DNA of 64,000 bases from a virus, in IMG/VR virus record IMGVR_UViG_3300021405_000010, positions 13,712 through 77,711 of that record; one strand, 5' to 3'. The position numbers and the translations under genes are program-made. Below, in pieces: positions 47,338 through 56,166 of this stretch (within the stretch, counting starts at the first letter, position 1; each line of letters starts with the position of its first letter). Below the pieces are notes generated by a model that did no database searches, was not told the origin of the DNA, and saw only the letters and a list, made by a program, of their open reading frames with translations.

Positions 47338-47375
47338 ACGTTGAGCATACGGACGATTTCTCAATTTATAAAGTA

Positions 47376-49124
47376 TTACTTCTGCGGCTTTTGATGGAGT
47401 CCCCCGTTTTGGTCACGGTAGTAAGCGCCGGGCCCTAACGCATCATATCCAGCTTGGTCGGTAATCACTCTTTCCGGTGTCGGAGAGGCGCTCGCTGGGG
47501 CCGGGGTCGGAGTCGGAGTCGGGGTCGGAGTCGGAGTCGCGCCGGAGGTCGCTGGAAGTTGTCTTCGCATTTGCTCCAGCTGCTCATTCATTTGCGCTAT
47601 CCTAGCGTTGGCGTCTGAGACGCTCGTAAAGTTTGAACGCTGCAAGTTGTGATCTTTGTAATCATTGCGCGGATCAGGAAGCTGCTGCCCGTTATCCAAT
47701 CTCGACATGTTCGCTGCATGCCGGGGATCAACGCGCTGCCACTGCTCCTGTGCTCCGTTAACCAAGTTTTTGTAGCGAGCGTCAACGGATTTCTGCAAGC
47801 TGCTCAGAGCCTTTAATCTGGTTCCTGCATCCTGCCCCGAAAAGGCGTCCGAAAGGACATTGGATGACGGTATATTTGCTAACTCTAGATTGAGCGCCGA
47901 TCCGTGGATGTTGGGAGTTTCCTGCCCTCCGCCTTGGCCGGGATCTAAGATTGCTAGTGCCGGATTAGACTTCAGTAATTTCTGTGCATGGTCAACTTCT
48001 TGGTCCAAGGCTTTGATGGCCGCAGCGGTGTCTCTATCCATTCCGCCTGCCTCACCCAGAATTGCACCTGTACTACTTCCAACTCGCTGCAGAGCCCCCT
48101 GCTCATTCCAAGGCCTATGTGATTCTAACGATACCGCTGCATTCTCTGCTGCGGCCCTCATTCTATCCGTTGTGCTTAAGTTTGAGTACCCAGCCTTATC
48201 CAATGTTTGGTTGAGGTCCGCAATCCGCTGAAGGCTATTGTGTAACTCCTCCGATGTATCAAGGGTTAGGTTGGTGCCCTGATCTATAGGACTCCTAGCC
48301 ATGTTGTTATTGTACCAAGCCTGCTTCGCCCATGGTTTCAACTGCTCATTGGACATGTGAGCAATCTCATCTCGCGATGGTCCCTGGCCAGTTTGGGTCC
48401 AGTAGTCTGAGACATATTGCCGCATCTGGGATTCTGGCAGCTCATAGGTGTCGTACCCGGTCGAACCCAAATACCAGCGTTGCTGTTTAAAGTAGTCTCC
48501 GGCCTTTGGGGGCAGCACCGTGTAAACGCGCCCGTAGCTGGGCGAAGTGACATCATCGTTGCGGTAATAAGTGTACGGGCCTGCAGTGCCGGGCACTATC
48601 TGATCGCCCTTATAAGGGCCGGTAGGCTTCGGCATCGATTTGGCCTGGGTCTGGACCGCATCTTGATCCGCTGGAGCAACCGTGGTGTTAGAAGGTAGTG
48701 GTGCCGGTGGCTGGGCTGGCTGTCCCCCGGGTGCGGTTTGAGCAGTGAGCTGATCTGGGGTTAAGCCGCCTTTGGATGCGACGTTAGTATAAGCCGAAAG
48801 CGGAACCCCGTTGACATCCGTTATCCCTGGAGCCGCTGGTGGGCCTGCTGGCGCTGGAATGCCTTGTGGAGCGCCTGCGCCCGTGCCGGAGGGCATCGCG
48901 CCCGGCGCTGGCGGTGGGCCGCCCTGGGCGATCTGGGGTGCGGTTTGATCCGGCGGTGCCGCGACAGGCTGCGGGGCTCCTGCCCCAGTGCCGGATGGCA
49001 TGCCTCCGCTCAGCTGATCGCTTTTACTTAAAACAGCGGAGGTGTTCTGGGCCGCCACCATAGGGCCAGCTCCCTTCTGGATCATCTGGGAGATAGGAAC
49101 GGTGTTAATCCCTCCGCCCTTCAT
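47376..49124 (-). CDS. Putative internal virion/ejection protein
   Basis: Pro/Gly-rich N-terminus, helical C-terminus; position. Confidence 0.6.
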   Translation of the reverse strand: MKGGGINTVPISQMIQKGAGPMVAAQNTSAVLSKSDQLSGGMPSGTGAGAPQPVAAPPDQTAPQIAQGGPPPAPGAMPSGTGAGAPQGIPAPAGPPAAPGITDVNGVPLSAYTNVASKGGLTPDQLTAQTAPGGQPAQPPAPLPSNTTVAPADQDAVQTQAKSMPKPTGPYKGDQIVPGTAGPYTYYRNDDVTSPSYGRVYTVLPPKAGDYFKQQRWYLGSTGYDTYELPESQMRQYVSDYWTQTGQGPSRDEIAHMSNEQLKPWAKQAWYNNNMARSPIDQGTNLTLDTSEELHNSLQRIADLNQTLDKAGYSNLSTTDRMRAAAENAAVSLESHRPWNEQGALQRVGSSTGAILGEAGGMDRDTAAAIKALDQEVDHAQKLLKSNPALAILDPGQGGGQETPNIHGSALNLELANIPSSNVLSDAFSGQDAGTRLKALSSLQKSVDARYKNLVNGAQEQWQRVDPRHAANMSRLDNGQQLPDPRNDYKDHNLQRSNFTSVSDANARIAQMNEQLEQMRRQLPATSGATPTPTPTPTPTPAPASASPTPERVITDQAGYDALGPGAYYRDQNGGLHQKPQK

Positions 49125-49142
49125 ATGGAAGGCGTAGGCCGG

Positions 49143-50105
49143 TTACCCGTTGGGGCCGCCATTCGGCAAATAGGTGGCGTCCTGGGCCAGGGTGGTCTGG
49201 GTCTTCATCCAGGCCAGGGCATCCTGGCTGGACATCACCGGATGGGCGTTCTGGGCCTGCCACTGAGCCATGGCCGCCTGATCAGTTTGTGTGGCAGCGG
49301 CTGGAGTCTGAGCTTGTGCTGGCGGCCCTGTTGGCGCTGCCGGTGCCGGTGCTCCTCTCGAAGCGAATACGCTGGGCGCGTCTGTCTTCAGGGGCTCGAC
49401 GTTACCCGTGGCGGGGTTAACATACGTCATGCCTGCCGGGGTGCCCTCCTGGGCCGCGTCTGAGCCGCCCAGACCGGCAGCTTGACGCTCCTGCATCATC
49501 CGGCGAAGAAGAAAATCGTTATCGGTGCTGGCCGATTTACCCAGCTCCCCCGTGGAGGGCGGCCCCTTCGGCTGCTGGGGTTGTGAAGACCCACCGGCAT
49601 TTTTTTCCTCTAACCCTCCATAGGCACTACTCGGCGGATTCTGCTGATTCCCGGCGGACGGGTTATTAACCGGGGGAGGCCCTCCCTTATTGTCGCCGCC
49701 GGGGCCTGCGCCTATCTTGGGGCCAACACTCGCTGCCTCCATGAAGCGTGCCGCCATCGTCGGATCAGCAATAGACGCCGGAGCGCCCATGCTTGCGCCC
49801 TGCGGTCCTGTTTGGGTCAGCATGTGGCCCATTGGGCCCAGCGACTTCATGTAGGCGATCTGATCCTGGGCTTGCTTGTATTGGGCCTGTTGGTAGTCCT
49901 GCTGCGCGGCAAACGCCGGATTGAGGCGCGAATTCTGGAGCATGCTCCCAACTTGACTAGCCGCACTCAGCGCCGTCTGACCCACTTGGGCCCAGAGTGC
50001 CCCCGCCCCTGTCGGCACATTGATTGGTTGCGGATGGTATTCGGTGGGCTGGTAACCCGTGGCCTGAATACTGGCTGGCTGGAACTGGGTAGCGGGATCG
50101 GCCAT
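49143..50105 (-). CDS. Putative internal virion protein
   Basis: Gln/Ala/Gly-rich; position. Confidence 0.6.
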   Translation of the reverse strand: MADPATQFQPASIQATGYQPTEYHPQPINVPTGAGALWAQVGQTALSAASQVGSMLQNSRLNPAFAAQQDYQQAQYKQAQDQIAYMKSLGPMGHMLTQTGPQGASMGAPASIADPTMAARFMEAASVGPKIGAGPGGDNKGGPPPVNNPSAGNQQNPPSSAYGGLEEKNAGGSSQPQQPKGPPSTGELGKSASTDNDFLLRRMMQERQAAGLGGSDAAQEGTPAGMTYVNPATGNVEPLKTDAPSVFASRGAPAPAAPTGPPAQAQTPAAATQTDQAAMAQWQAQNAHPVMSSQDALAWMKTQTTLAQDATYLPNGGPNG

Positions 50106-50108
50106 AAA

Positions 50109-51692
50109 TTAGCTTTGGTAAGGGTTGTAGCCGTACTGCGCCGTGAGCATTGGGTTCTGCTTCTTCTTCTGCTGGTCCACGTCGTCCTGGGTAAATTGGG
50201 CAGCGGGTGCGGACGGGGCGCTGGGGGCGTGAAATTCCTGCGGCTCCGTCTTCCAGCTTCCGATCGATTTGGCATAGGTATTCATGGCGGACTGGAGCCC
50301 GGAGAAGAGGCCGCTCGCAACGCCTCCAACCCCGGCGGCTGCACTTGCTCCTCCTACACCAGCGCCGGTTGCGCCTGCCGTGGATTGCTGGCCGGTATAC
50401 TGCCAGTCGGGGTCGGGATCGCTCGGGACGTCGTAAGCCGGAGCGACAGACGGAGTCTGAGCTGGCCAGCCGCCAGCCGGTGTGGCGCTCGATGGGCTGC
50501 CGCCATACATCGCCTGGAGCTGCTGCGCGCTGGGCCCGGTATAGCCTCCTGGGGCCGCTGGGGCCTCGCTGGATGGCTGCTGGCTCGTGCCTTCGCCCGT
50601 GCCTGTGTTCTGCAGCGATTGGGCCGCCGCCGAGGCCACCGCCAGCCGCTTTCTGCGGACTTCCGGAGCTTCGTCACTGGAGTCATTCTCCGGCACAAAG
50701 CCGCCTTCCTGCATCCTGATTGGCGTCTGGCCGCCAAACATCTGTGCGGCCTGTTGTTTGGGGATCACGTATTCGCCGGGAGTTAAGAGGGCTGGAACCG
50801 TGTCCTGGTTCCCGCGCCCGGGCACTAGGCCGCCAGCGGCCATCGTCTTAACCCCTGCGGCGTTTGGCTGAATGGTGCTTGGCGGCTGGTTAACCCCGGC
50901 GGTGTACTGTCCGATGGTCGATGCCAATTGGCTGTGGAAGTCGGCAATCTGGGTGTGAGTCGCGGTATTTGGGTCGCCGCCGTAATGGGCGAAGAGAGCC
51001 TTGCCAGCCTCCGCCAGGGCGTTGGTATGGGCCGCTACGTCAATTCCCGGAGCGGCTGGCGCGGTAGCAAATGGCGTGGCCGGACGGGCCACCGAAGGCG
51101 CGTTGGCAGGCGTCACCGGGGTCGGCGTACCACCAGCTGTCGGCGGCGGCGTAGCAAAAGGTGAAGCAGAGCTGGCTACTCCTCCAAATACGCTGGGAAC
51201 GTTTGGGGTTGGACCAGTGGGAACCTCCGAGGCGCTGACCGGAGAAGGCACCTTACTGACTCCGCCTTTGGCGCTATTGATCTGGCCCGGGGTGGGATTA
51301 TAGACGGGGAAAGCGCCCTGGGCTCCGCTAAAACCGGCTGCGCCTAATGCCTGCGCCCCTAAGTTGGTCGCGGCGTTTATCGGATCCTGGCTCACCCCGC
51401 CCGGAGTCGAGGAAGGAGGTTGGCCAGCCTGACTGCCGCTTTGGCCGAGACCTCCCACAGCTTGCATTAACTGCAGCTGCTGGATCGTGTTACTCAGGTC
51501 GCGACCCGCAGGCTGGCCGCCGGTCGTCATTCCGTAGCTGGTTGTTGTCGGCGCGCTGCCGCCGGTCATGGGAGTGGCGGCAAAGGCGGCGGCCAGCTGG
51601 GCCGTGCTTAATCCCAGCGAACTGGCTAAGGCCTGACCCGTCTCCTGGTCATAGCCGTACTGCTGTAAGGGGTTACCGCTGTCAGTTGCCAT
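50109..51692 (-). CDS. Putative internal virion protein with tape-measure-type GGxV...DTVPALLTPGEYV motif
   Basis: AAGGLVPGRGNQDTVPALLTPGEYVIP; start revised to MATDSGN. Confidence 0.65.
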   Translation of the reverse strand: MATDSGNPLQQYGYDQETGQALASSLGLSTAQLAAAFAATPMTGGSAPTTTSYGMTTGGQPAGRDLSNTIQQLQLMQAVGGLGQSGSQAGQPPSSTPGGVSQDPINAATNLGAQALGAAGFSGAQGAFPVYNPTPGQINSAKGGVSKVPSPVSASEVPTGPTPNVPSVFGGVASSASPFATPPPTAGGTPTPVTPANAPSVARPATPFATAPAAPGIDVAAHTNALAEAGKALFAHYGGDPNTATHTQIADFHSQLASTIGQYTAGVNQPPSTIQPNAAGVKTMAAGGLVPGRGNQDTVPALLTPGEYVIPKQQAAQMFGGQTPIRMQEGGFVPENDSSDEAPEVRRKRLAVASAAAQSLQNTGTGEGTSQQPSSEAPAAPGGYTGPSAQQLQAMYGGSPSSATPAGGWPAQTPSVAPAYDVPSDPDPDWQYTGQQSTAGATGAGVGGASAAAGVGGVASGLFSGLQSAMNTYAKSIGSWKTEPQEFHAPSAPSAPAAQFTQDDVDQQKKKQNPMLTAQYGYNPYQS

Positions 51693-53043
51693 CTTGCTCC
51701 TTCCCGGCTGTGATGCGCGCAATGGCCACTCCCAGCTCGGTTAAATTGCTAAACCCTGTCTCCAGGAGGTATTCTTCATTGTTGCACTTGAGTTCCAGGC
51801 CCTCTTTTTCAAAGTGTTGGGCCAGAAGCGCGAAAGCCGGGGTTTCCAGGTTCACTCCCAGCCAGTCGTCCACCCCGCTCTTCTTGATCCGTTTTTCGGA
51901 CTCCACGGCCTGGACGGCCCAGTAATCAAAAGCCTGATGAGTCCGCAGATAGTCGATGATCGCCTGGGTGTTCCTGCGGTACATCTTGGCCACCGTGTTG
52001 CTGTGCTGGAGCTTGCGGATCCGGGCGTTCTGGATCATCAGCCGGTCGTACTCGTGGCGGCTCCAGCCGTTGGCCGAAAGGAAATTGGCGAAGTCTTCAG
52101 CAGTTTCGATGCCGCTACGTTGCTGGAAGCGAACATTCTCGCGCTCAATCTCGGGAATCGAAACGCTCACACAGAGCTGGTCGCAGAGCATCAAGGCCAG
52201 CTCCTGATTGGCCGAATCCCAGCAGATCCGCTCCCATTCCGGATTGTGAAGGAGGACGTAGGCGTCGATGTGCTGCTGGGGGATTTCAAAGCCGTTAATG
52301 GGTATGCGCCGATCCCGCTCATAAAGGGCCGTAAAGAAGCGCGAAAGGTTCTCTGGAGTAGGCTTTCGCAATGGCGCTGACTCGTACATCAAGTGGTCCT
52401 GCAGAGCCGTAACGGCGTCCATCTGTTTCTGCGGAATGCAGGGCATCGGGATATCGGGACAGATTCCACCCCAGGTTTTCTCGCAGTCTTTCTGGGTCCG
52501 CTCCATGTAGAAGACCTTGCGCATCACTTCGAGGAATTCCCGCGCCTGCCTGCCCAGCTCCGGGTCGCCGGAGTACGCCTCGTAGTGCTCGACCCCGGCC
52601 CGGATATCGGCCAAAGGAACGCTCTGAGGGTAATAGAGCGGTCCATCGGGCCCTTCCCGGCTGGCGTAGTTTAAGGCCACTTCACTGTCGTCCTCGGTCA
52701 CTGAATCCCTGTACCAGTGATAGATCTTGCCAATCCCGATCATCCCAAGGAAGTCCAGCTCTGCCGCGCGTAAAGCCCCCATGGAAGCCGCGCCATAGAC
52801 GGCTTTAACGCCCGGGTACTGGAGGGCGTAGACCAGCTCCTTGTGCCAGACAGAGAGGTTCTGGCGGAACTCGCCATCGATCAGAATGATCCGGTCAGGC
52901 GAGAGATTAACCACGTCGGTCACGATGTCGCCCTGCTTGGCCGGTGGCCGGAAAATCCCCGCTGGCAGAATCTCGCGCGCCTTACTAAGGGGAAGTGAGG
53001 GCCCCAGGTAAACCAGCACCTTTTCATTTACAGGGTCTTCCAT
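51682..53043 (-). CDS. tfuA: TfuA-like protein with C-terminal extension
   Basis: YLGPSL, PPAKQGD, IDGEF...VWHKE, GAASMGALRAAEL..GMIGIG, DDSEVAL. Confidence 0.93.
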   Translation of the reverse strand: MEDPVNEKVLVYLGPSLPLSKAREILPAGIFRPPAKQGDIVTDVVNLSPDRIILIDGEFRQNLSVWHKELVYALQYPGVKAVYGAASMGALRAAELDFLGMIGIGKIYHWYRDSVTEDDSEVALNYASREGPDGPLYYPQSVPLADIRAGVEHYEAYSGDPELGRQAREFLEVMRKVFYMERTQKDCEKTWGGICPDIPMPCIPQKQMDAVTALQDHLMYESAPLRKPTPENLSRFFTALYERDRRIPINGFEIPQQHIDAYVLLHNPEWERICWDSANQELALMLCDQLCVSVSIPEIERENVRFQQRSGIETAEDFANFLSANGWSRHEYDRLMIQNARIRKLQHSNTVAKMYRRNTQAIIDYLRTHQAFDYWAVQAVESEKRIKKSGVDDWLGVNLETPAFALLAQHFEKEGLELKCNNEEYLLETGFSNLTELGVAIARITAGKEQDGN

Positions 53044-54278
53044 TCTTCCCCCTTTTCTTCATCCGGTTGCGCTTTCGCTTGCTCGGCCAGCTCATCAAAC
53101 CGCCGCCGGGCGTAGCTCAAACAGCGTAAACCGGGGGTCCAGTGATCGAATCTGAACGGCTCGCACTGGGGGCTGATCACCCGGACCACATGGACCTTGC
53201 CGTCCAGAAAAGAGCCCATTTCTTTGACGTAGACGTCACTGACCCCGAATTGCCGGATCAGCTTGAGCAGGTAGCGCAATTCGGTCCTGACATCCGGGAA
53301 ATCCAGGACCCGGTATTCGGAGAGGGGGCTACCCATCGGCAGCTCCTGGAACATCTCGTGGAGCTTGTGCTGATCCATTCTCTTCATGAGAAGGAATTGC
53401 CGTCGAAATAAGTCGTCGCGCGCGCCGGAGATGTAGCAGCACCGGGCCTGGGCGGCCTCGGTGATGGCGCGGAGCGCGGCTATTTCGGCGTTCAGGTGGC
53501 TCCCATAACCTCCAAAGGTTCCGGCGCATGTCCCGCCCAGATCCAGGATGATGGCCGAGAAAGTGGGAATCTTGTAGTCGTTAGTGATATCAAAAAGGTG
53601 CAGCTTCAGGTTGGCGCTCTCGATCTTGCGGATACAGGATTCGAGCCTGTCTGAGACGGCGACCAGGGGCGAGCGGGTGAGCAGGAGGCCGCTATCCAGG
53701 AGGAACTGGTTTAAGGTCCAGGCATCGCGCTCAAGCACCTCGTAGAGCCCGGAAAGAATCGCGTCCTCAATGGAGCCGCCGGTCGCCACCCCGTTAGAGC
53801 CCATCTGGACGTACATCAGGGACTGCTGCGGGATCCGGGTGACCAGCCAGACCAGATCGGAGGGGATTAGTAGTTTTCTCCCGTTTTGGATGTTGGTGAC
53901 CCATTCCCAGGCCAGCGGAGTCAGGTCGTTCACCACACTGGAGCGGGTGGGAAAACATTCATCCAGTGGGAGGTGGGTATCTGGGGCCAGATCAATGGCG
54001 CGCGCGATCTGCCACTCGCCGTAAGGGTGTTCAGCCACCTCAAATTCAATCGCTTCCAGGATCGCCCCGGCTCGGGAGAAATCGCGCTCTAGCCCTTTCC
54101 CGGCGTGGATAGACACGGTTTCCGACAAAGCCCGGACACAGGTGTAAACAGGCAGCCATGCGTTGTCCAGGCCGGTCAGCTCCGCCACTCTGCTGATCCC
54201 GAATTGCTCCAGCAGCTCTTTACGTGTCAAAGAGTTGATGGCGTCGGCGGTCGCTTGGCGTAGTTCTTTGCGGGTCAT
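53028..54278 (-). CDS. ycaO: YcaO-family ATP-dependent enzyme (TfuA-associated, thioamide-forming type)
   Basis: GISRVAELTGLD, GKG, EAIE, SNGVATG, EVLERDA, GYGSH...RAITEAAQAR...ISGARDD; start revised to MTRKEL (ATGA overlap). Confidence 0.93.
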   Translation of the reverse strand: MTRKELRQATADAINSLTRKELLEQFGISRVAELTGLDNAWLPVYTCVRALSETVSIHAGKGLERDFSRAGAILEAIEFEVAEHPYGEWQIARAIDLAPDTHLPLDECFPTRSSVVNDLTPLAWEWVTNIQNGRKLLIPSDLVWLVTRIPQQSLMYVQMGSNGVATGGSIEDAILSGLYEVLERDAWTLNQFLLDSGLLLTRSPLVAVSDRLESCIRKIESANLKLHLFDITNDYKIPTFSAIILDLGGTCAGTFGGYGSHLNAEIAALRAITEAAQARCCYISGARDDLFRRQFLLMKRMDQHKLHEMFQELPMGSPLSEYRVLDFPDVRTELRYLLKLIRQFGVSDVYVKEMGSFLDGKVHVVRVISPQCEPFRFDHWTPGLRCLSYARRRFDELAEQAKAQPDEEKGEEWKTL

Positions 54279-55750
54279 GCCGTCAGAAGAGTGTTCAGGG
54301 TGAAAAGAGACCGTTCCCTGGTCCCAATTAGCCGTAACATCGCCGCCCGAATCAAGGCTTTCAGGGCTGGTCTGGCAGGGAGTGTCGCAGCGAAACTCTC
54401 GCCGTGCCGTAGGTAAGTACTTCGCAAAGAAGTGGGCGCGAAATTCAGCATCCATATCCGGAAAGCTTTCCATTGGTCGTCGGCGGTGCCCAGGCACTCG
54501 CGCGCCACCCAGCAACTGATCGCTGCCGCAGCGGCTGCCGCCGAGGCCACCGCACCCGCAGCTCCCACCCCAGCTGACATCATCCCGGCGGACTGCTGGG
54601 CGGCCAGCTGCTGCTGCTGGGACTGCATCTGGGCGCTGTTAAGGGCGATGCCATTCATGGTGGCATAGTTACTCTGCTGGAATGAATTATAGGCTCCGGC
54701 CTGCCCCAGCTCGGATTGCGCCATATTGGTGCCGCCAAGGCCAAAGGGTCTTTTCGCAAACATCGTGTTGGCGTTCTGCAAGCCGCCCAAGAGATTCATG
54801 GCCTGCCCCTGTTGGAGGCCGCCATAGATCTGGGCCATCTGGGCGGTATCCATCCCGTACTGTTCCTGCGCTTGCTGGGCGGTGTTTGAGAGCCCTCCAG
54901 CCGTCGCTGCGGTGTTGGCACCTAAACCGTAGGTCTGCGCGCCTCCGGCCAATTGTGCGCCACCCAGGCCTAATGTCTGGCCACCGGCTCCGATCGTGGA
55001 AGCGCCCAGGCCCTGGAGCTGGCCGCCCTGACCGGCAATCGAGGCGGCTTGACCGATGTCGCTCATGGCCTCCCCGCGCATCGCCTGACCGTACTGGAGC
55101 GTCGAGAGGCCCAGCTGGCGAGCGGCGGCGGATTGCCCCGCCATGCCCTGGCCCAGAGATGCGGCACCAAGGCTACCGGCAGCACTGGAGAGTCCGGCGC
55201 GCATCATCTGTTGCTGGGTCTGAGGATCGATCGGCTCGCCCAGGAGCTGCTGGCCTACGGCATACGGAGTAGCCGCCATGCCGGTCACCTGTTGGCCGGT
55301 GCGGTTGATCTGGCCGCCGATCTTATTCTGCTGCTGCCCCATCCCGATCAGGGGCTGGGCCAGCCCGGCCTGACTCGCGCCCAGGTTATAGATCGGCTGG
55401 GTAGCCTGGGCTGCGGTGGCCGCCGCACTCTGGATGTTGCCGATATCGGAGGTAGTACCTGCGGCGTTGCGGCCAGTGATGGTGTTGGCCAGCTGGCTCA
55501 TGATATCAGACTGGCCGGTCTGGCCTTGCGCCACCTGACCCACTTGCTGCCCCAGGTTGGCCTGATACTGCTGGTAAGCCTGCTGCAAGGCCGGATACCG
55601 GTTGGCGAAATCCTGATCGCTGAGAGCGTAGCTCTGGATGTCGCCCCCGATCGCCATCTGCTGCAGGCCCATGGCGGAGCTGTAGTCAAAGTTCGGGGGT
55701 GCTCCTTGAGCTTTAAACGATGGTGTGCCGCCTCCGCCGCCGCCGCCCAT
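54275..55750 (-). CDS. Gly/Ala/Gln-rich ejection/DNA-pilot-like protein with C-terminal CWVAR (CFI-box-CTERM-like) domain
   Basis: MGGGGGGG N-terminus; ...AAAAAAISCWVARECLG...W..FR.W.L...Y..HGE..A. Confidence 0.7.
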   Translation of the reverse strand: MGGGGGGGTPSFKAQGAPPNFDYSSAMGLQQMAIGGDIQSYALSDQDFANRYPALQQAYQQYQANLGQQVGQVAQGQTGQSDIMSQLANTITGRNAAGTTSDIGNIQSAAATAAQATQPIYNLGASQAGLAQPLIGMGQQQNKIGGQINRTGQQVTGMAATPYAVGQQLLGEPIDPQTQQQMMRAGLSSAAGSLGAASLGQGMAGQSAAARQLGLSTLQYGQAMRGEAMSDIGQAASIAGQGGQLQGLGASTIGAGGQTLGLGGAQLAGGAQTYGLGANTAATAGGLSNTAQQAQEQYGMDTAQMAQIYGGLQQGQAMNLLGGLQNANTMFAKRPFGLGGTNMAQSELGQAGAYNSFQQSNYATMNGIALNSAQMQSQQQQLAAQQSAGMMSAGVGAAGAVASAAAAAAAISCWVARECLGTADDQWKAFRIWMLNFAPTSLRSTYLRHGESFAATLPARPALKALIRAAMLRLIGTRERSLFTLNTLLTA

Positions 55751-55767
55751 ATTAGTATCCTGCCTTT

Positions 55768-56166
55768 CTAATAAGCGTCTTCATCGTAAATAAACGCTGT
55801 CTCGGTTGCTCGTTTCAGCCTGACGTGTTTAAGGACTCGCTTGCCGCCGGTCAGGGCCCGATCGCACAGCATGAAAATGGGATTGCCGCAGTGCCTTTTA
55901 ATCTCGGTGATTAAACTGCGGGTGATCTTTAAGTACTCGCGGATGTTCATCAGCTCGGGGTGCAGCGTCGTATAAATGCAGGTCTGGGGAATCGCCTGGA
56001 AGTATCCCCGCAAGGTGCCCTGATAGAACACGAGATAGATCGGATAGAACCTCTCCAGGGGGCCGCCTAAATCCGCCGCGATCGCCTCTACGTTGTAACG
56101 TTGCAGCTCCTTCTCGTTCTTGACGGTAACGAGCGAGATGTCCGATTTATCAGGTAAGTCTTGCAT
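55768..56166 (-). CDS. Putative assembly protein (positional analogue of podovirus T7 gp13/P22 gp14)
   Basis: Between tail and ejection genes; start revised to MQDLPDK. Confidence 0.5.
   Translation of the reverse strand: MQDLPDKSDISLVTVKNEKELQRYNVEAIAADLGGPLERFYPIYLVFYQGTLRGYFQAIPQTCIYTTLHPELMNIREYLKITRSLITEIKRHCGNPIFMLCDRALTGGKRVLKHVRLKRATETAFIYDEDAY

Noticed and set aside
54279-54515. ORF-track N-terminal extension of YcaO (similar extensions at 32290, 46605, 59522, 61725, 29174, 16006)
   Set aside because: They overlap upstream genes or promoters; downstream, often ATGA-coupled, starts fit better.
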